From Atractiella rhizophila (lineage: Eukaryota), in the NCBI GenBank assembly GCA_021432655.1, contig MU271283.1:1-64000 (forward strand): a stretch of 64,000 bases of DNA, written 5' to 3'. Made by a program: the position numbers and the translations under genes. Within the stretch, counting starts at the first letter, position 1, and each line of letters starts with the position of its first letter. This document shows positions 37,628 through 50,272 of the stretch, piece by piece. Below the pieces are notes generated by a model, which made no database searches, had not been told where the DNA came from, and saw only the letters and a list, made by a program, of their open reading frames with translations.

Positions 37628-39340
37628 ATGGTGGTACAGACTCAAGCTCAAGCGGAAGCGGCGGGGCTGAGAAATCAAACTGAAACGAAGCAACATTCTC
37701 CCGTGTACGAAGCGGAGGCATGATCACGAAAGGGCCCGGAAGGAGAAATCGGAAGGGTAAAACAGATGTCATGCCGAAAGATGGGAATGAAGACAACCAT
37801 CAGAAACGAAGGAAGCTCAATGATGGCCCTTCGAGGACAATCATCGTTCTTCTACAAAACCAAGCCTACGCTGCTTTCACCATGCTGAATCCTCTCCTTT
37901 CACTCTGGAGCGCTGTGTCCTGTGCTCCAGGCCCACACCTTGACCCTAGCGACCCTAGCTTTTCAGAAATCTCACACTGCCTAGAGGGACTTCCATACCC
38001 CAGCGATCCATTATCGAGTCTGACCGGCTCAGCAACCGATTTTAATGCACCCACCTTTCGCCAAATTTCAACAGTTTTCCAACTTTATCTGAGGAGCAAT
38101 CGAGGGGTCGTGAGTCTTATGATGCTGAGTGGGTATCGACAGATGATGACGCCACCGTATGAAGGGTGTGCCTTTGCTCAACCGAACTCTTTCTGCAATA
38201 TTCAACCTAGAAATCCTTCATCTACAGCGTTTTAAGTATCAGAAGGGTCGAGCACATTCAACTGATAGGAAATTAGCTGAAGAGCAAGCATTCATAGATA
38301 TCGCGATTGTAATCCTGAAGATCTTAAATTCCACCATCAATTGAACGCTATGGGATAACCCCTTTAACGACTTGTTCATTCAACTGGAAGTTATAGTGTG
38401 AGGCACTCCATGAACGAACGGCGCAGTGGAAAACTCTTTCAATCTGTGTCAACAACAGATATTCGACTGTAACTTTGTCGGCCTAGATGTCGGATGTAAG
38501 CTCAACCTCGAGTGCGACAGCTTTTTCAAACCTACACTATCACTCCAACCTCTGGTTCGGTTGGCATCGAGATCGCATTTGAGGACTCGATTCCTACTGA
38601 TCTCTCAACACCAGGATGTTCTACTGTGTGCCGAGGATGTCACTGATCCTCTCGCTGATAGTCCAGTCTCGGTAGTCAACTTTTCTTTCCAGGTGCTTTT
38701 TGAGACAGTTCTTCAGACTCCATATTGATTATTTTTTAACCGATTCAAATTTCAGCTGTCTATGCAAAGCTTTATCAACATTGGAATGCACTCTGGGGCG
38801 ATGTGCGGAGACAACCGCAAACAATCGAACACATACCTTAAAACAAATCCGCCTGTACCGTGGCACGCCCCGACTCCACCTCCTATTCCGACGTAATCAG
38901 AGTAGCTCGCAACCCAAAAGATCGCCAGCACGCTCTGTTTACGCCTCTGAATTGAAGCTATGCTTCCCTAGATCTCATTAAACGCGAAGGAGTATCGAAG
39001 TGCGAGGTCATGACGTCTGCTTTTATGTTGCTTTTTTTGTATCAATACTGATGACGATGACTTCGAAGGCTATCCTAAGTGACGAATCTTCGAATGCACT
39101 TCTTGGTCGCCTTCTTCCTGGCAGACGACATTCACAGCGCTATTGAGGTGTCTATTCTGCCGATGAACTCTTCAACCAATTTTCCTCATAGTGAGGCTTA
39201 CGAGCTGGCGATTGTGAATGGACGACAATGAGCGTTGACACGTGTCATAGCTCTGATGAAGATTTTACTGTCTGAAAAAGCAAAAATCGGCAGACTCCAG
39301 AAGTATTTCTCAGATCATCCAGTGTCTCCCTTCCACTTGA
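37628..39340 (+). pseudogene. Family X copy 4, full-length but degenerate
   Basis: MVVQTQAQA.., SATDFNAPTF, VPLLNRTLSAIF, CKLNLE, NLRMHFLVAFF, KAKIGRLQKYFSD; many stops and frameshifts. Confidence 0.85.
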
Positions 39341-39957
39341 TTTGACGTTTTGTGTCGCATATATTATGTTGGATGTAATGTGCAGCGTGCTTGATTGATT
39401 GCAAACAGTTGCAAATTAGATGAGCAACCAATTCATTTCCACAGCAATTCGAGACCAGTGTATCGAGTATAGTTGAACTCAGTGGAGCTTCGAATCCAGC
39501 CGCTATCATAGCCAATATAACTTTGCGGCAGTGGCCCAAGCTAGCAGGGTGGCTAGAGTAGGGCTGGAGGCACTTGTGTCATGATGGACTGTTCTGGAGT
39601 AAGCTTGAGGTGTGTGAGACATGGGATGTTTCTCATGTCCCGCTCATCTGCGCGCTAACCCCTGCGCCATTCTGGGACATACAAAAGGTTGATTCCATTC
39701 TTGAACTCTTCCCCGAGCCTGTGGCCATTCAATACCTTGCAGTAAACACCCTGAGTTCTTGCCTCCCTCACTTGAAGTCTTCATCCCCTAGCAACACGAG
39801 TTGCTTCCTTTTCTGTCTCGAGAATCCACATTTTGGAAATTCGTACTTCGAAGTATCATCCGTCACTTGCCCTGCCAATTCACGTACTTCTTCAGAGGTT
39901 TTTTTTTCTTCCCGTTCCTCGTATCGCGTTGACTTTTGTAGTAACAGCCCGTTTGAC

Positions 39958-40614
39958 ATGTCTCATACTCCCGAACCTACTTCCATTCCTCAGATCCACA
40001 TCCCCACGCATCGAACGATCGCACCACATCGTCAATGCATGAAGAAGCGTCACCCCACCATCTCTGGGTATCCCGACTACTTCACGTTGCCAGTCTCACG
40101 AACGGGCGGCTCTCCTCGGCTTGGATCTCCCAGCAACTCCCCCTCTCTCGCCCGAGTCAACGGCCTGGGTCCCAACGGCGCCGTCGCCAGCAAGGGTGGT
40201 TCGAAACTCAAGCCTACGTTCCTCGAGACACCTGCGATTCTGCGAAGCGTGTCTTTTTCTAGTGCAGAATCGAGCCACTCGTCGAATGGTACCATCAAGA
40301 TGAAGCATAAAGCTCATTTGATGCTGGGGAATCCAGAGTCGAAGATGGGGTCTGGATCGTCTTCAGGGGAGTCGACGGTCTGCCCTTCTACCGCGTCCAG
40401 TGATGAGATGGAAGCCATGAGACTGGGATTGTCGAATGGAGAGGAGAACAGGGTGGCGTTCAGGAGGGCTCTTGGCATAGTGGGCGGAAGGAGAGCAAAG
40501 GGAACGCCGTATCCCGTCACCAGGATGGATGCGAACAGCTGGTTGGATGAGGACGAGGACGATGAAGAGACTGACGAAGTGGGTGACAGTGTGAAGGCTG
40601 TTACAATTGAGTGA
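39958..40614 (+). CDS. Single-exon hypothetical protein (~218 aa, S/P-rich, acidic end)
   Basis: Open frame from MSHTPEP; its 5' coding part is far better conserved in the 32178 copy than the upstream DNA. Confidence 0.6.
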   Translation: MSHTPEPTSIPQIHIPTHRTIAPHRQCMKKRHPTISGYPDYFTLPVSRTGGSPRLGSPSNSPSLARVNGLGPNGAVASKGGSKLKPTFLETPAILRSVSFSSAESSHSSNGTIKMKHKAHLMLGNPESKMGSGSSSGESTVCPSTASSDEMEAMRLGLSNGEENRVAFRRALGIVGGRRAKGTPYPVTRMDANSWLDEDEDDEETDEVGDSVKAVTIE

Positions 40615-40806
40615 CGGAGTCGAGACAGGAGTTTACATGTGTGAGACAGTTGACCTGATCTCAGAGATATCCGTGCTGTGAATAATAATTATTGTATTGT
40701 ACAAACTATCACTATTGCCCATTGTCTGTCCTAAACATCAGGGCCTATGTGGTGAGATGATAAAGACTGACATGGACTCTTCTTGTCCTATGGCAGGTAT
40801 CGTGTA

Positions 40807-42524
40807 TCAGTCTTGTTTTTTACGCCTCAACATTGATATCTCTTCTTCGTCGACACGCCACATCAGGTCGACCAACTTCTGAGCAGCTAGACGTCCACCG
40901 CCTGTCATTGAACAAGCATGTCGGAGTCGGTCAACAGCTTCTGTATACTTTTTCTCCTCTAGAACAAGCTTAATCCCAGACGACAGTTCAGTTGACGAGA
41001 CATGAGGTGCGCAAGACTTGTTAGCCCAAATTCCGATGCCGTGATATTCGGCTCGAGCTTTCAAACAGGGTCAGCATGGTTATAAGATCAGGGGAGAGGT
41101 CATGCCTGAATTCGTATACAAGTCGTACCATTGTGCAAGGATGATTCTGTGGATTCAATGTTAGCCAACTTCAGAAGCAAAGCAAAGGAAGGACAAACTG
41201 CTTTAGCCCATATTTGGCCGATTCAAGATACGAGTTCCCGCCTCCATGATGAACGAACACCTTCACCGTATCGTGTTTGTAAAGCGTGTGAAGAGGCTGC
41301 ACAATCCAATCCGTGATCCAAACTCTCTTCGCCTTCGCCATCCCGTTCAAAACCGACGCTCCCTTCAGCGCCAAGAGGCATTCGTTTCCGAGAACAGATC
41401 GGAGCATATCAGTATTGTCCTCCGCGTTGGGGAGCTTCCAGATCACTCTGACGTTCAAAGCAGAAATGACGGTTCGAACTGCCTTTGCGATCGCGTCCGT
41501 ATCCTTTGATTCTTTGGAGAAGACGACGTGATTTCCGAGCGAGATGAGGATGATGTCTTGTTTCGCAGCTTTCGCTTCATCCATCCAGACCTCCAGCTCC
41601 CCTTTCTCTTCCACTGCTCGCTCCGAGGAGGCGTCGTCGAAGAGTATGGGTCCACACTCCACTGCGTTCTGAGGTAGGGCAGAGAGTGGGAAATCCGCTT
41701 CTCGAAAGCCTGCAGAGAGGAAGAGCTCTGCTTGTGTTGGATATCCATCGACAAAAGGGAGCGGTCCTGTAATTCCTTGGCTCTTGCGCACAAGACGGAG
41801 TTCTTTGATCTCTGGGGAAGTCGTCGTGGCGTAAGCAAGTCGAATGAATGAGAGTATGTTCGTTGGGATCGAGAGGAGAGGGACAGGGTAAGGCAGACCG
41901 GTAAAGGCGACTATTGTTTAGAGGCTTCAGCATTCACATTAGTTGCAGTGAAGTGGTTCGTAACTAACTCGGATAATGCCATAACCATTGCATCCAAGGT
42001 TGATGAGGAATGAGGTAAACGTCTCCTAAGAGGGTCGGGGAGAGAACGACGAATCGCTTTTTCAAGGTCTGAAGCGCATCGACACCGTACATGGCCAATT
42101 GGTCGCATACTACGAGAGCCGGTTGCAACCTATCGACGATCTCCATGACCTCCTTCACATTCTTGGCGTAGACATAGGGATCCCAAGTTAACATCTTAGT
42201 CATCTCTACATACGGTTTCGAATCCTTCGCAGCTGGAGGATGTCGCAACAGTTCTATGCTCTGTTCACTCGCTTCTCTCACGCCGCGATCACTTAGTGGG
42301 TGAAAGGTGACTTCTGAAGTCGTGAAAGTTTTCTCGACGCGTCGCTTGAACTTCCCTTTATCAGGGTCGGCGGCAAGGTGTACTCTGACGTTGTGACCGT
42401 ATTTTTGAGAGAGAAGGAGGAAGTGGCGGATGACGGAGAAGACGACATTTGCCTGACCGGCTTCAGGTTGGGAGACGAAGAGGATGGAGGTGTGAGCTGT
42501 CATCTTGGAAAGAGATTCGTCCAT
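40807..42524 (-). CDS. UDP-glycosyltransferase, GT family 1, copy 1
   Basis: ILFVSQPEAGQANV, PALVVCDQL, VECGPI, ILISLG, VIWKL, VWITDWI..VFVHHGGGNSYLESAKYG..ILAQWYDLYTN.ARAEYHGIG (UGT signature). Confidence 0.9.
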
Positions 42525-43983
42525 CCTGCTGCCTGTGAGAAGGGCGTCGCCGACTCCTGCTCTGTCCTTATGTGAGCGGTCTTTGTGCACCGGAAATTGG
42601 GAATTGCGCTCTCGAATTTTGCCGGGGACAGGGCATGCGCGCCTCAATTAGGGGGAAATTTCTGGGGATGATTGGTGCGGACACTTGTCATTGGTTATGT
42701 CGGCCTAAGGTAACGGACAAGCGCAACTGGAGTCTCGTTCAAGCTCCTTTCTTCCGGCTCGAATTACAGAACAGTGCTAAGAAACCGCAGGTTTCGAGAT
42801 CTACGTTGCGGCATATCTTGGATTATGATTTAGGAGGAAGAATATACTCATTCATTATGTAAACTGCTTTGACGGGAATTTCTACCCCGAATTCAAACGC
42901 CCACGTCTCAAGGTATAGAGGCGATTGGCAGGCCGTGCGCCATCGAGATGACCTAATATCATATTGTACACCAAGGACTACGATCAAGCAACGTCACACG
43001 TCTCCTTTATCTTTCGCGGCCGTGAGGGCTTGCTATTCCTTCGTTGAGGTGTAAGAAAGGTGCTAGACGCTCAGATTTTACTTCGCTGCCAAAATTACGT
43101 GGACTGCAGCAAAACGAAGCTTTACAGAATCGACTACTGGTAATCCAACGATGGAACACCACACCACATTACCCTCATCGATGCCATCTCTCTATATCTC
43201 CGGGACGTGCGACAAAATCACATTCTCCCATCAACTGATCTCGTTTCTTCCTCACGTTGCCTGTCCTCAACAAAGTGGACAGGACCGAAAGAATCGAGGA
43301 ATCTCAAGGCAACATAGCGGCTCCTCCATGCTCCTTCGCAGTCTGACAGGAGCTTTGAAGGACTTTTGAGAAACCATACCCTGCCACCGCATGAGGGAGA
43401 AAAGCAATGCAGATAAGGAAATGTCTAGTTCCCTAGTTCCCTCTCGCTCGAAAACTTCCTACACAAACGTCATGATACGAGTCCTTTCCCCTGCGACTGA
43501 ATGGGCGAAATCTGACCTCTTAATTGGAAAGTAGGCAACATTAGACCCTTGATGCTGAAGATTCATACCGTTCACTGACCGCCCAATGAAAGCACATCCC
43601 ATCAATTACCTCAGATGATAGGCATCCATAAACCCAATGCATGTCATGCTTCAAAGGTCTGAAGCCTGTGAAAAGCCCCAAGCAGAAGAGGAAGCGTCTG
43701 TCGTTGGGATGCCTTGACGTCTTGGTCGTCGTGCAGCTAGTTGAAACGCAAACGCACTTCCAATCAACCACCACCTCCCTAACTTAACCGGAAGAGTCGA
43801 GACAGGAGTTTACATGTGTGAGACAGTTGACCTGATCTCAGAGATATCCGTGCTGTGAATAATAATTATTGTATTGTACAAACTATCACTATTGCCCATT
43901 GTCTGTCCTAAACATCAGGGCCTATGTGGTGAGATGATAAAGACAGACATGGACTCTTCTTGTCCTATGGTAGGTATCGTGTA

Positions 43984-45703
43984 TCAGTCTTGTTTTTTAC
44001 GCCTCAACATTGATATCTCTTCTTCGTCGACACGCCACATCAGGTCGACCAATTTCTGAGCAGCTAGACGTCCGCCGCCTGTCATTGAACAAGCATGTCG
44101 GAGCCGATCAACAGCTTCTGTATACTTTTTCTCCTCTAGAACAAGCTTAATCCCAGACGACAGTTCAGTTGACGAGACATGAGGTGCGCAAGACTTGTTA
44201 GCCCAAATTCCGACGCCGTGATATTCGGCTCGAGCTTTCAAACAGGATCAGCATGATTATAAGAACAGGGGAGATGTCATGCCTGAATTCGTATATAAGT
44301 CGTACCATTGTGCAAGAATGATTCTGTGGATTCAATATTAGCCAACTTCAGAAGCAAAAGCAAAGGAGAGGACAAACTGCTTTAGACCATATTTGGCCGA
44401 TTCAAGATACGAGTTCCCGCCTCCATGGTGAACGAACACCTTCACCGTATCGTGTTTGTAAAGCTTGTGAAGAGGCTGCACAATCCAATCCGTGATCCAC
44501 ACTTTCTTCGCCTTCGCCATCCCGTTCAAAACCGACGCTCCCTTCAGCGCCAGGAGGCATTCGTTTCCAAGAACAGATCGGAGCATATCAGCATTGTCCT
44601 CCGCATTGGGGAGCTTCCATATCACTCTGACGTTCAAAGCAGAAATGACAGTTCGAATTGCCTTTGCGATCGCGTCCGTATCCTTTGATTCTTTCGAGAA
44701 GACGACGTGATTTCCGAGCGAGATGAGGACGATGTCTTGTTTCTCAGCTTTCGCTTCATCCATCCAGACCTCCAGCTCCGCCTTCTCTTCCATTGCTCGC
44801 TCCGAGGAGGCGTCGTCGAAGAGTATGGGTCCACACTCCACTGCGTTCTGAGGTAGGGCAGAGAGTGGGAAATCCGCTTCTCGAAAGCCTGCAGAGAGGA
44901 AGAGCTCTGCTTGTGTTGGATATCCATCGACAAAAGGGAGCGGTCCTGTAATTCCTTGGCTCTTGCGCACAAGACGGAGTTCTTTGATCTCTGGGGAAGT
45001 CGTCGTGGCGTAAGCAAGTCGAATGAATGAGAGTATGTTCGTTGGGATCGAGAGGAGAGGGACAGGGTAAGGCAGGCCAGTGAATGCGACTATTGTTTAG
45101 AGGCTTCAGCATTCACATTAGTTGCAGTGAAGTGGTTCGTAACTAACTCGGATAATGCCATAACCATTGCATCCAAGGTTGATGAGGAATGAGGTAAACG
45201 TCTCCTAAGAGGGTCGGGGAGAGAACGACGAATCGCTTTTTCAAGGTCTGAAGCGCATCGACACCGTACATGGCCAATTGGTCGCATACTACGAGAGCCG
45301 GTTGCAACCTATCGACGATCTCCATGACCTCCTTCACATTCTTGGCGTAGACATAGGGATCCCAAGTTAACATCTTAGTCATCTCTACATACGGTTTCGA
45401 ATCCTTCGCAGCTGGAGGATGTCGCAACAGTTCTATGCTCTGTTCACTCGCTTCTCTCACGCCGCGATCACTTAGTGGGTGAAAGGTGACTTCTGAAGTC
45501 GTGAAAGTTTTCTCGACGCGTCGCTTGAACTTCCCTTTATCAGGGTCGGCGGCAAGGTGTACTCTGACGTTGTGACCGTATTTTTGAGAGAGAAGGAGGA
45601 AGTGGCGGATGACGGAGAAGACGACATTTGCCTGACCGGCTTCAGGTTGGGAGACGAAGAGGATGGAGGTGTGAGCTGTCATCTTGGAAAGAGATTCGTC
45701 CAT
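43984..45703 (-). CDS. UDP-glycosyltransferase, GT family 1, copy 2
   Basis: Same structure; N-terminal exon appears identical, about 9 amino-acid differences in the C-terminal half. Confidence 0.9.
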
Positions 45704-47028
45704 CCTGCTGCCTGTGAGAAGGGCGTCGCCGACTCCTGCTCTGTCCTTATGTGAGCGGTCTTTGTGCACCGGAAATTGGGAATTGCGCTCTCGAATTTTG
45801 CCGGGGACAGGGCATGCGCGCCTCAATTAGGGGGAAATTTCTGGGGATGATTGGTGCGGACACTTGTCATTGGTTATGTCGGCCTAAGGTAACGGACAAG
45901 CGCAACTGGAGTCTCGTTCAAGCTCCTTTCTTCCGGCTCGAATTACAGAACAGTGCTAAGAAACCGCAGGTTTCGAGATCTCCATTGCGGCGTATCTTTG
46001 GATTATGATTTAGGAGGAAGAATATGCTCATTCATTATGTAAACTGCTTTGACGGGAATTTCTACCCCGAATTCAAACACCCACGTCTCAAGGTATAGAG
46101 GCGATTGGTAGGCCGTGCGCCATTGAGATGACCTAATATCATATTGTACACCAAGGACTACGATCAAGAAACATCACACGGCTCCTTTATCTTTGGCGGC
46201 TCTCGATGCTTGCTATTCCTCCTTTCAAATTCGAGGTGTAAGAAAGTGCTCGATGCTCAGATTTTACTTCGCTGCCAAGCGCCAAAAGCTAATGGAGTGC
46301 AACAAAATGAGGCTTTACAGAATTGACTGCTAGCGATCCAACAATTGAGCACCACACCACATTATCTTCATCGATGCCACCTCTCTATATCTCCATGGCG
46401 CGCGACAAAATCACTTTCTCCGATCAACTGGTTGCATTTCTTCTTCACTTTGCCTGTTTCAACAATGTAGAAAGGACCTAGAAAAATTGAGGAATGTCAA
46501 ACATAGCGGCTCCTCCATGCTCCTTCGCAGTCTGACAGGAGCTTTCAAGGACTTTTGAGAAGCCATACCATGCCACCGCATGAGGGAGAAAAGCAATGGA
46601 GATAAGGAAATGTCTAGTTCCCTAGTTCCCTCTCTCGAAAACTTCCTGCACAAACGTCATGATACGAGTCCTTTCCCCTGCGACTGAATGGTCGAAATCT
46701 GACCTCTTAATTGGAAAGTAGGCAACATTAGACCCTTGATGCTGAAGATTCATAACCGTTCACTGACCGCCCAATGAAAGCACATCCCATCAATTACCTC
46801 AGATGATAGGCATCCATAAACTCAATGCATGTCATGCTTCAAAGGTCTGAAGCCTGTGAAAAGCCCCAAGCAGAAGAGGAGGCGTTGACTGTCGTTGGGA
46901 TGCCTTGACGTCTTGGTCGTCGTGCAGCTAGTTGAAACGCAAACGCACTTCCAATCAACCACCACCTCCCTAACTTAACCGGATCTTCGTCAAAATACCA
47001 CATCAGCTTCTTGACTGGTATTCGATCC

Positions 47029-47424
47029 ATGAAACGATTCTTCAGCCTCGTAGGGCGTGCCACCTCCTCCTCCTCGCCCTCTTCACCCACTTCGCCGCCG
47101 ACCACTTCGCCCTCAGAAACTTTTACCCCTCCACCCCCACCGCCCATCAACACTACAATCAGAGGGAATGCTAATACTGTCAAGGAAGCGATTGAGAAGT
47201 TTGAGCGGAGCGCTACGAATAATACGGATGGAGCGGAGGGAGAGAGGACGGTCAAGGTTTCGGATGGCGTGAGGAAAGGAGCGTTGGTTAAGGCTGGGAC
47301 GGGGGGACAGAAAGATGTTAGACAGGTTGCTTTCAAAGAGGACGAAGGTGAGTTTCTCTCTCCTTTCTCTGTTTATCTATTCGGGTTGGGGATGCATTCC
47401 TTGGTTCATTGCAATCATTTTTGA
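47029..47424 (+). CDS. Small hypothetical S/P-rich protein (3' end uncertain)
   Basis: MKRFFSLVGRATSSSSPSSP..VKEAIEKFE..VRQVAFKEDE; donor GTGAGT at 47348. Confidence 0.4.
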   Translation: MKRFFSLVGRATSSSSPSSPTSPPTTSPSETFTPPPPPPINTTIRGNANTVKEAIEKFERSATNNTDGAEGERTVKVSDGVRKGALVKAGTGGQKDVRQVAFKEDEGEFLSPFSVYLFGLGMHSLVHCNHF

Positions 47425-50272
47425 CGGCGGATTGAACCGAGGAATCAGCTGGATAGTGTCCATGTAATTTCTCTCTACTCAACTTACAGCAGTTAAAAGA
47501 CTTAAACAGAAAGACTTAAACACGATGGCTGGTGTCCTCGTTCCATCCTGAGCCGTTCCTATTGAGTCAGGAGTCTTGTCTCCTCTCGCTTGCTTCTATG
47601 AAGACATTGCAATTGCTTGTTGATTATGTCTGGCCTGATGCTTTCGTTTTATTGCTAGTTTGGATATGTCATATGTGCACGGGGTAGTCAAAGGTCTTTC
47701 GAAGCAGAAAATCTTGTGAGAGGGCAAGGAAAGAAACATTCTTCTCACGGATCGTATGCCATGCCTGGTGATGATGGAGAAGGTCTAGTTGTCGTCTAAT
47801 AGCGAACTGCCTTTTCTCTAGATCAGCTGCTTCCTCACATTTTTGAGACGTCGAGTGCCTTACTTTCCGAATGCCAATGGGAGTTGGCTCCGGATCGACA
47901 TTGCATATTAATTGATGTCTGCTGGGAGGCATCACAACCTGTGTGATGTACAAGACGGGTGTGTGATGAAAGGAAAGAATATTAGAGAGGGCATAAGAAA
48001 CTTCTGGGGTGTATTGATTGCCGCACACGGTTCTTCCTAAGCCAGCGAGAGCGAGGGATTCAGATGGAGAAGGGTGTCCCCTCCTAACGTGTTTTCCTGT
48101 GCTGCAAGCCCAAATATGTGGCTAGTGCGTGACTTTGTAGTGGGAAAGTGGAAATCCACGCCTCTGCATCCTAAAAGAGGAGCTGTCGAAGGCTGTTTAG
48201 AATCCGTGCCGACAATTCATGTACAGTACTTTCTATTCCATGCAGCCCCTTTTCTAAGCTGCCCATGTATGCGTAGCGTTGCCCTCTGCGGAACAATCAC
48301 TGCTCCCATAGAATGAATGCATTGCTGACTTGAAGCTGGGATACAGATCCTTCGTTCCCCATTGCTTCAACATCCTCAGCCAACCAGGCGCACTCGCCGA
48401 CGTCCTCTCCCGTCCCCATGCATACAAACGGCTCAGTATCTTCGCATCTCCCGCCACACCTCCAACAACTCCCATTCCGACCATCCTCCTCTCAATCTAC
48501 ACCATATGCATATTCAAATACTGGACATTTCTCTCCCGACCTTCTATTCGCCTCAGGATCCAGTTCGCGAGATCCAACGACCATCTACGCACCGGTTACG
48601 TGGACTGAAATGATCAACGAAAGTGGCCGAGATTTGACGGAGAATATTTCTGGACGTGAGCGGACTCGACAGGAAGTCCTTTGGGAGATAGTGGCTAGCG
48701 AAGAGAGATACGTGCAGGAGCTGATTTCGCTTAGAGACCACTACGTTGAACCGTTATTACATCCCCTTCGAGCAAATTCTCCTCCTTCTCCCCCAAGTCC
48801 TCAGTACTATGTGCGACCAACACCGACACAGTCACCAGAACCAGCGAGTGCATTTCGGATGGCGTGAGGAAAGGAGCGTTGGTTAAGGCTGGGACGGGGG
48901 GACAGAAAGATGTTAGACAGGTCGCTTTTAAAGAGGACGAAGGTGAGGTTCTCTCTTCTTCCTCTGTTTATCTGTTCCGGTGGGAGATGCATTCCTTGGT
49001 CCATTGCAATCATTTTGACTGCCGATTGAAACCGAGGAATCAGGTGGATAGTGTCCATGGAATTTCTCTCTACTCAACTTACAGTAGTTAAAAGACTTAA
49101 ACACGATGGCTGGTGTCCTCGTTCTATCCTGAGCAGTTCCTATTGAGTTAGGAGTCTGTCTCCTCTCGCTTCTTCTCACTCATCATATGCCATACCTGGT
49201 GACGATGGAGAAGGTCTAATTGTCGTCTAATAGCGAACTGCCTTTTCTCTAGATCAGCTGCTTCCTCACATTTTCGAGACGTTGAGTTCTTTACTTTCTG
49301 AATGCTAATGGGAGTTGGCTCCGGATGGACATTGCATATTGATTGATGTCTGTGGGAGATCACAACCTGTGTGATGTACAAGACGGGTGTGTGATGAAAG
49401 GAAAGAACATTAGAGAGGGCATAAGAAACTTCTGGGGTGTATTGATTGCCGCACACGGTTCTTCCTAAGTTAGCGATGGATTCAGATGGAGAAGGGTGTC
49501 CTCCTAAATGTGTTTTCCTGTGCTGCAAGCCCAAATATGTGGCCAGTGCATGACTCTGTAGTGGGAAAGTGGAACTCCACGCCTCTGCATCCTAAAAGAG
49601 GAGCTGTCGAAGGCTGTTTAGAATCCGTGCCGACAATTCATGTACCGTACTTTCTATTCCATGCAGCCGCTTCTCTAAGCTGCCTATGTATGCGTAGCGT
49701 TGCCCTCTGCGGAACAATCACTGCTCCCATGGAATGAATGCATTGCTGACTTGAAGCTGAGATACAGATCCTTCGTTCCCCATTGCTTCAACATCCTCAG
49801 CCAATCAGCCGCACTCTCCGACGTCCTCTCCCGTCCCCATGCATACAAACGGCTCAGTATCTTCGCATCTCCCACCACACCTCCAACAACTCCCATTCCG
49901 ACCATCCTCCTCTCAATCTACACCATATGCATATTCAAATAATGGACATTTCTCTCCAGACCTTCTATTCGCCTCAGGATCCAGTTCGCGAGATCCAACG
50001 ACCATCTACGCACCGGTTACGTGGACTGAAATGATCAACGAAAGTGGCCGAGATTTGACAGAGAACATTTCTGGACGTGAGCGGACCCGACAGGAAGTCC
50101 TTTGGGAGATAGTGGCTAGCGAAGAGAGATACGTGCAGGAGCTGATTTCGCTTAGAGACCACTACGTAGAACCGTTATTACATCCCCTTCGAGCAAATTC
50201 TCCTCCTTCTCCCCCAAGTCCTCAGTACTATGTGCGACCAACACCGACACAGTCACCAGAACCAGCGAGTGC
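47258..50272. repeat. Tandem duplication (47258-48851 / 48853-50272) including the RhoGEF 5' end
   Basis: Direct comparison; about 150 bp extra in copy 1 (47592-47740); single unmatched A at 48852. Confidence 0.95.
48418..48851 (+). pseudogene. Truncated 5' duplicate of the RhoGEF gene
   Basis: Matches 49839-50272 and ends at the duplication junction. Confidence 0.85.

Larger units (their letters stand above)
40617..46983. repeat. Tandem duplication of ~3.18 kb (40617-43792 / 43794-46983)
   Basis: Direct comparison; single unmatched A at 43793. Confidence 0.95.

Noticed and set aside
39574..39957. N-terminal extension of the 346-aa ORF
   Set aside because: Non-ATG start; the counterpart at 31790-32177 is much more diverged and has indels, like non-coding DNA
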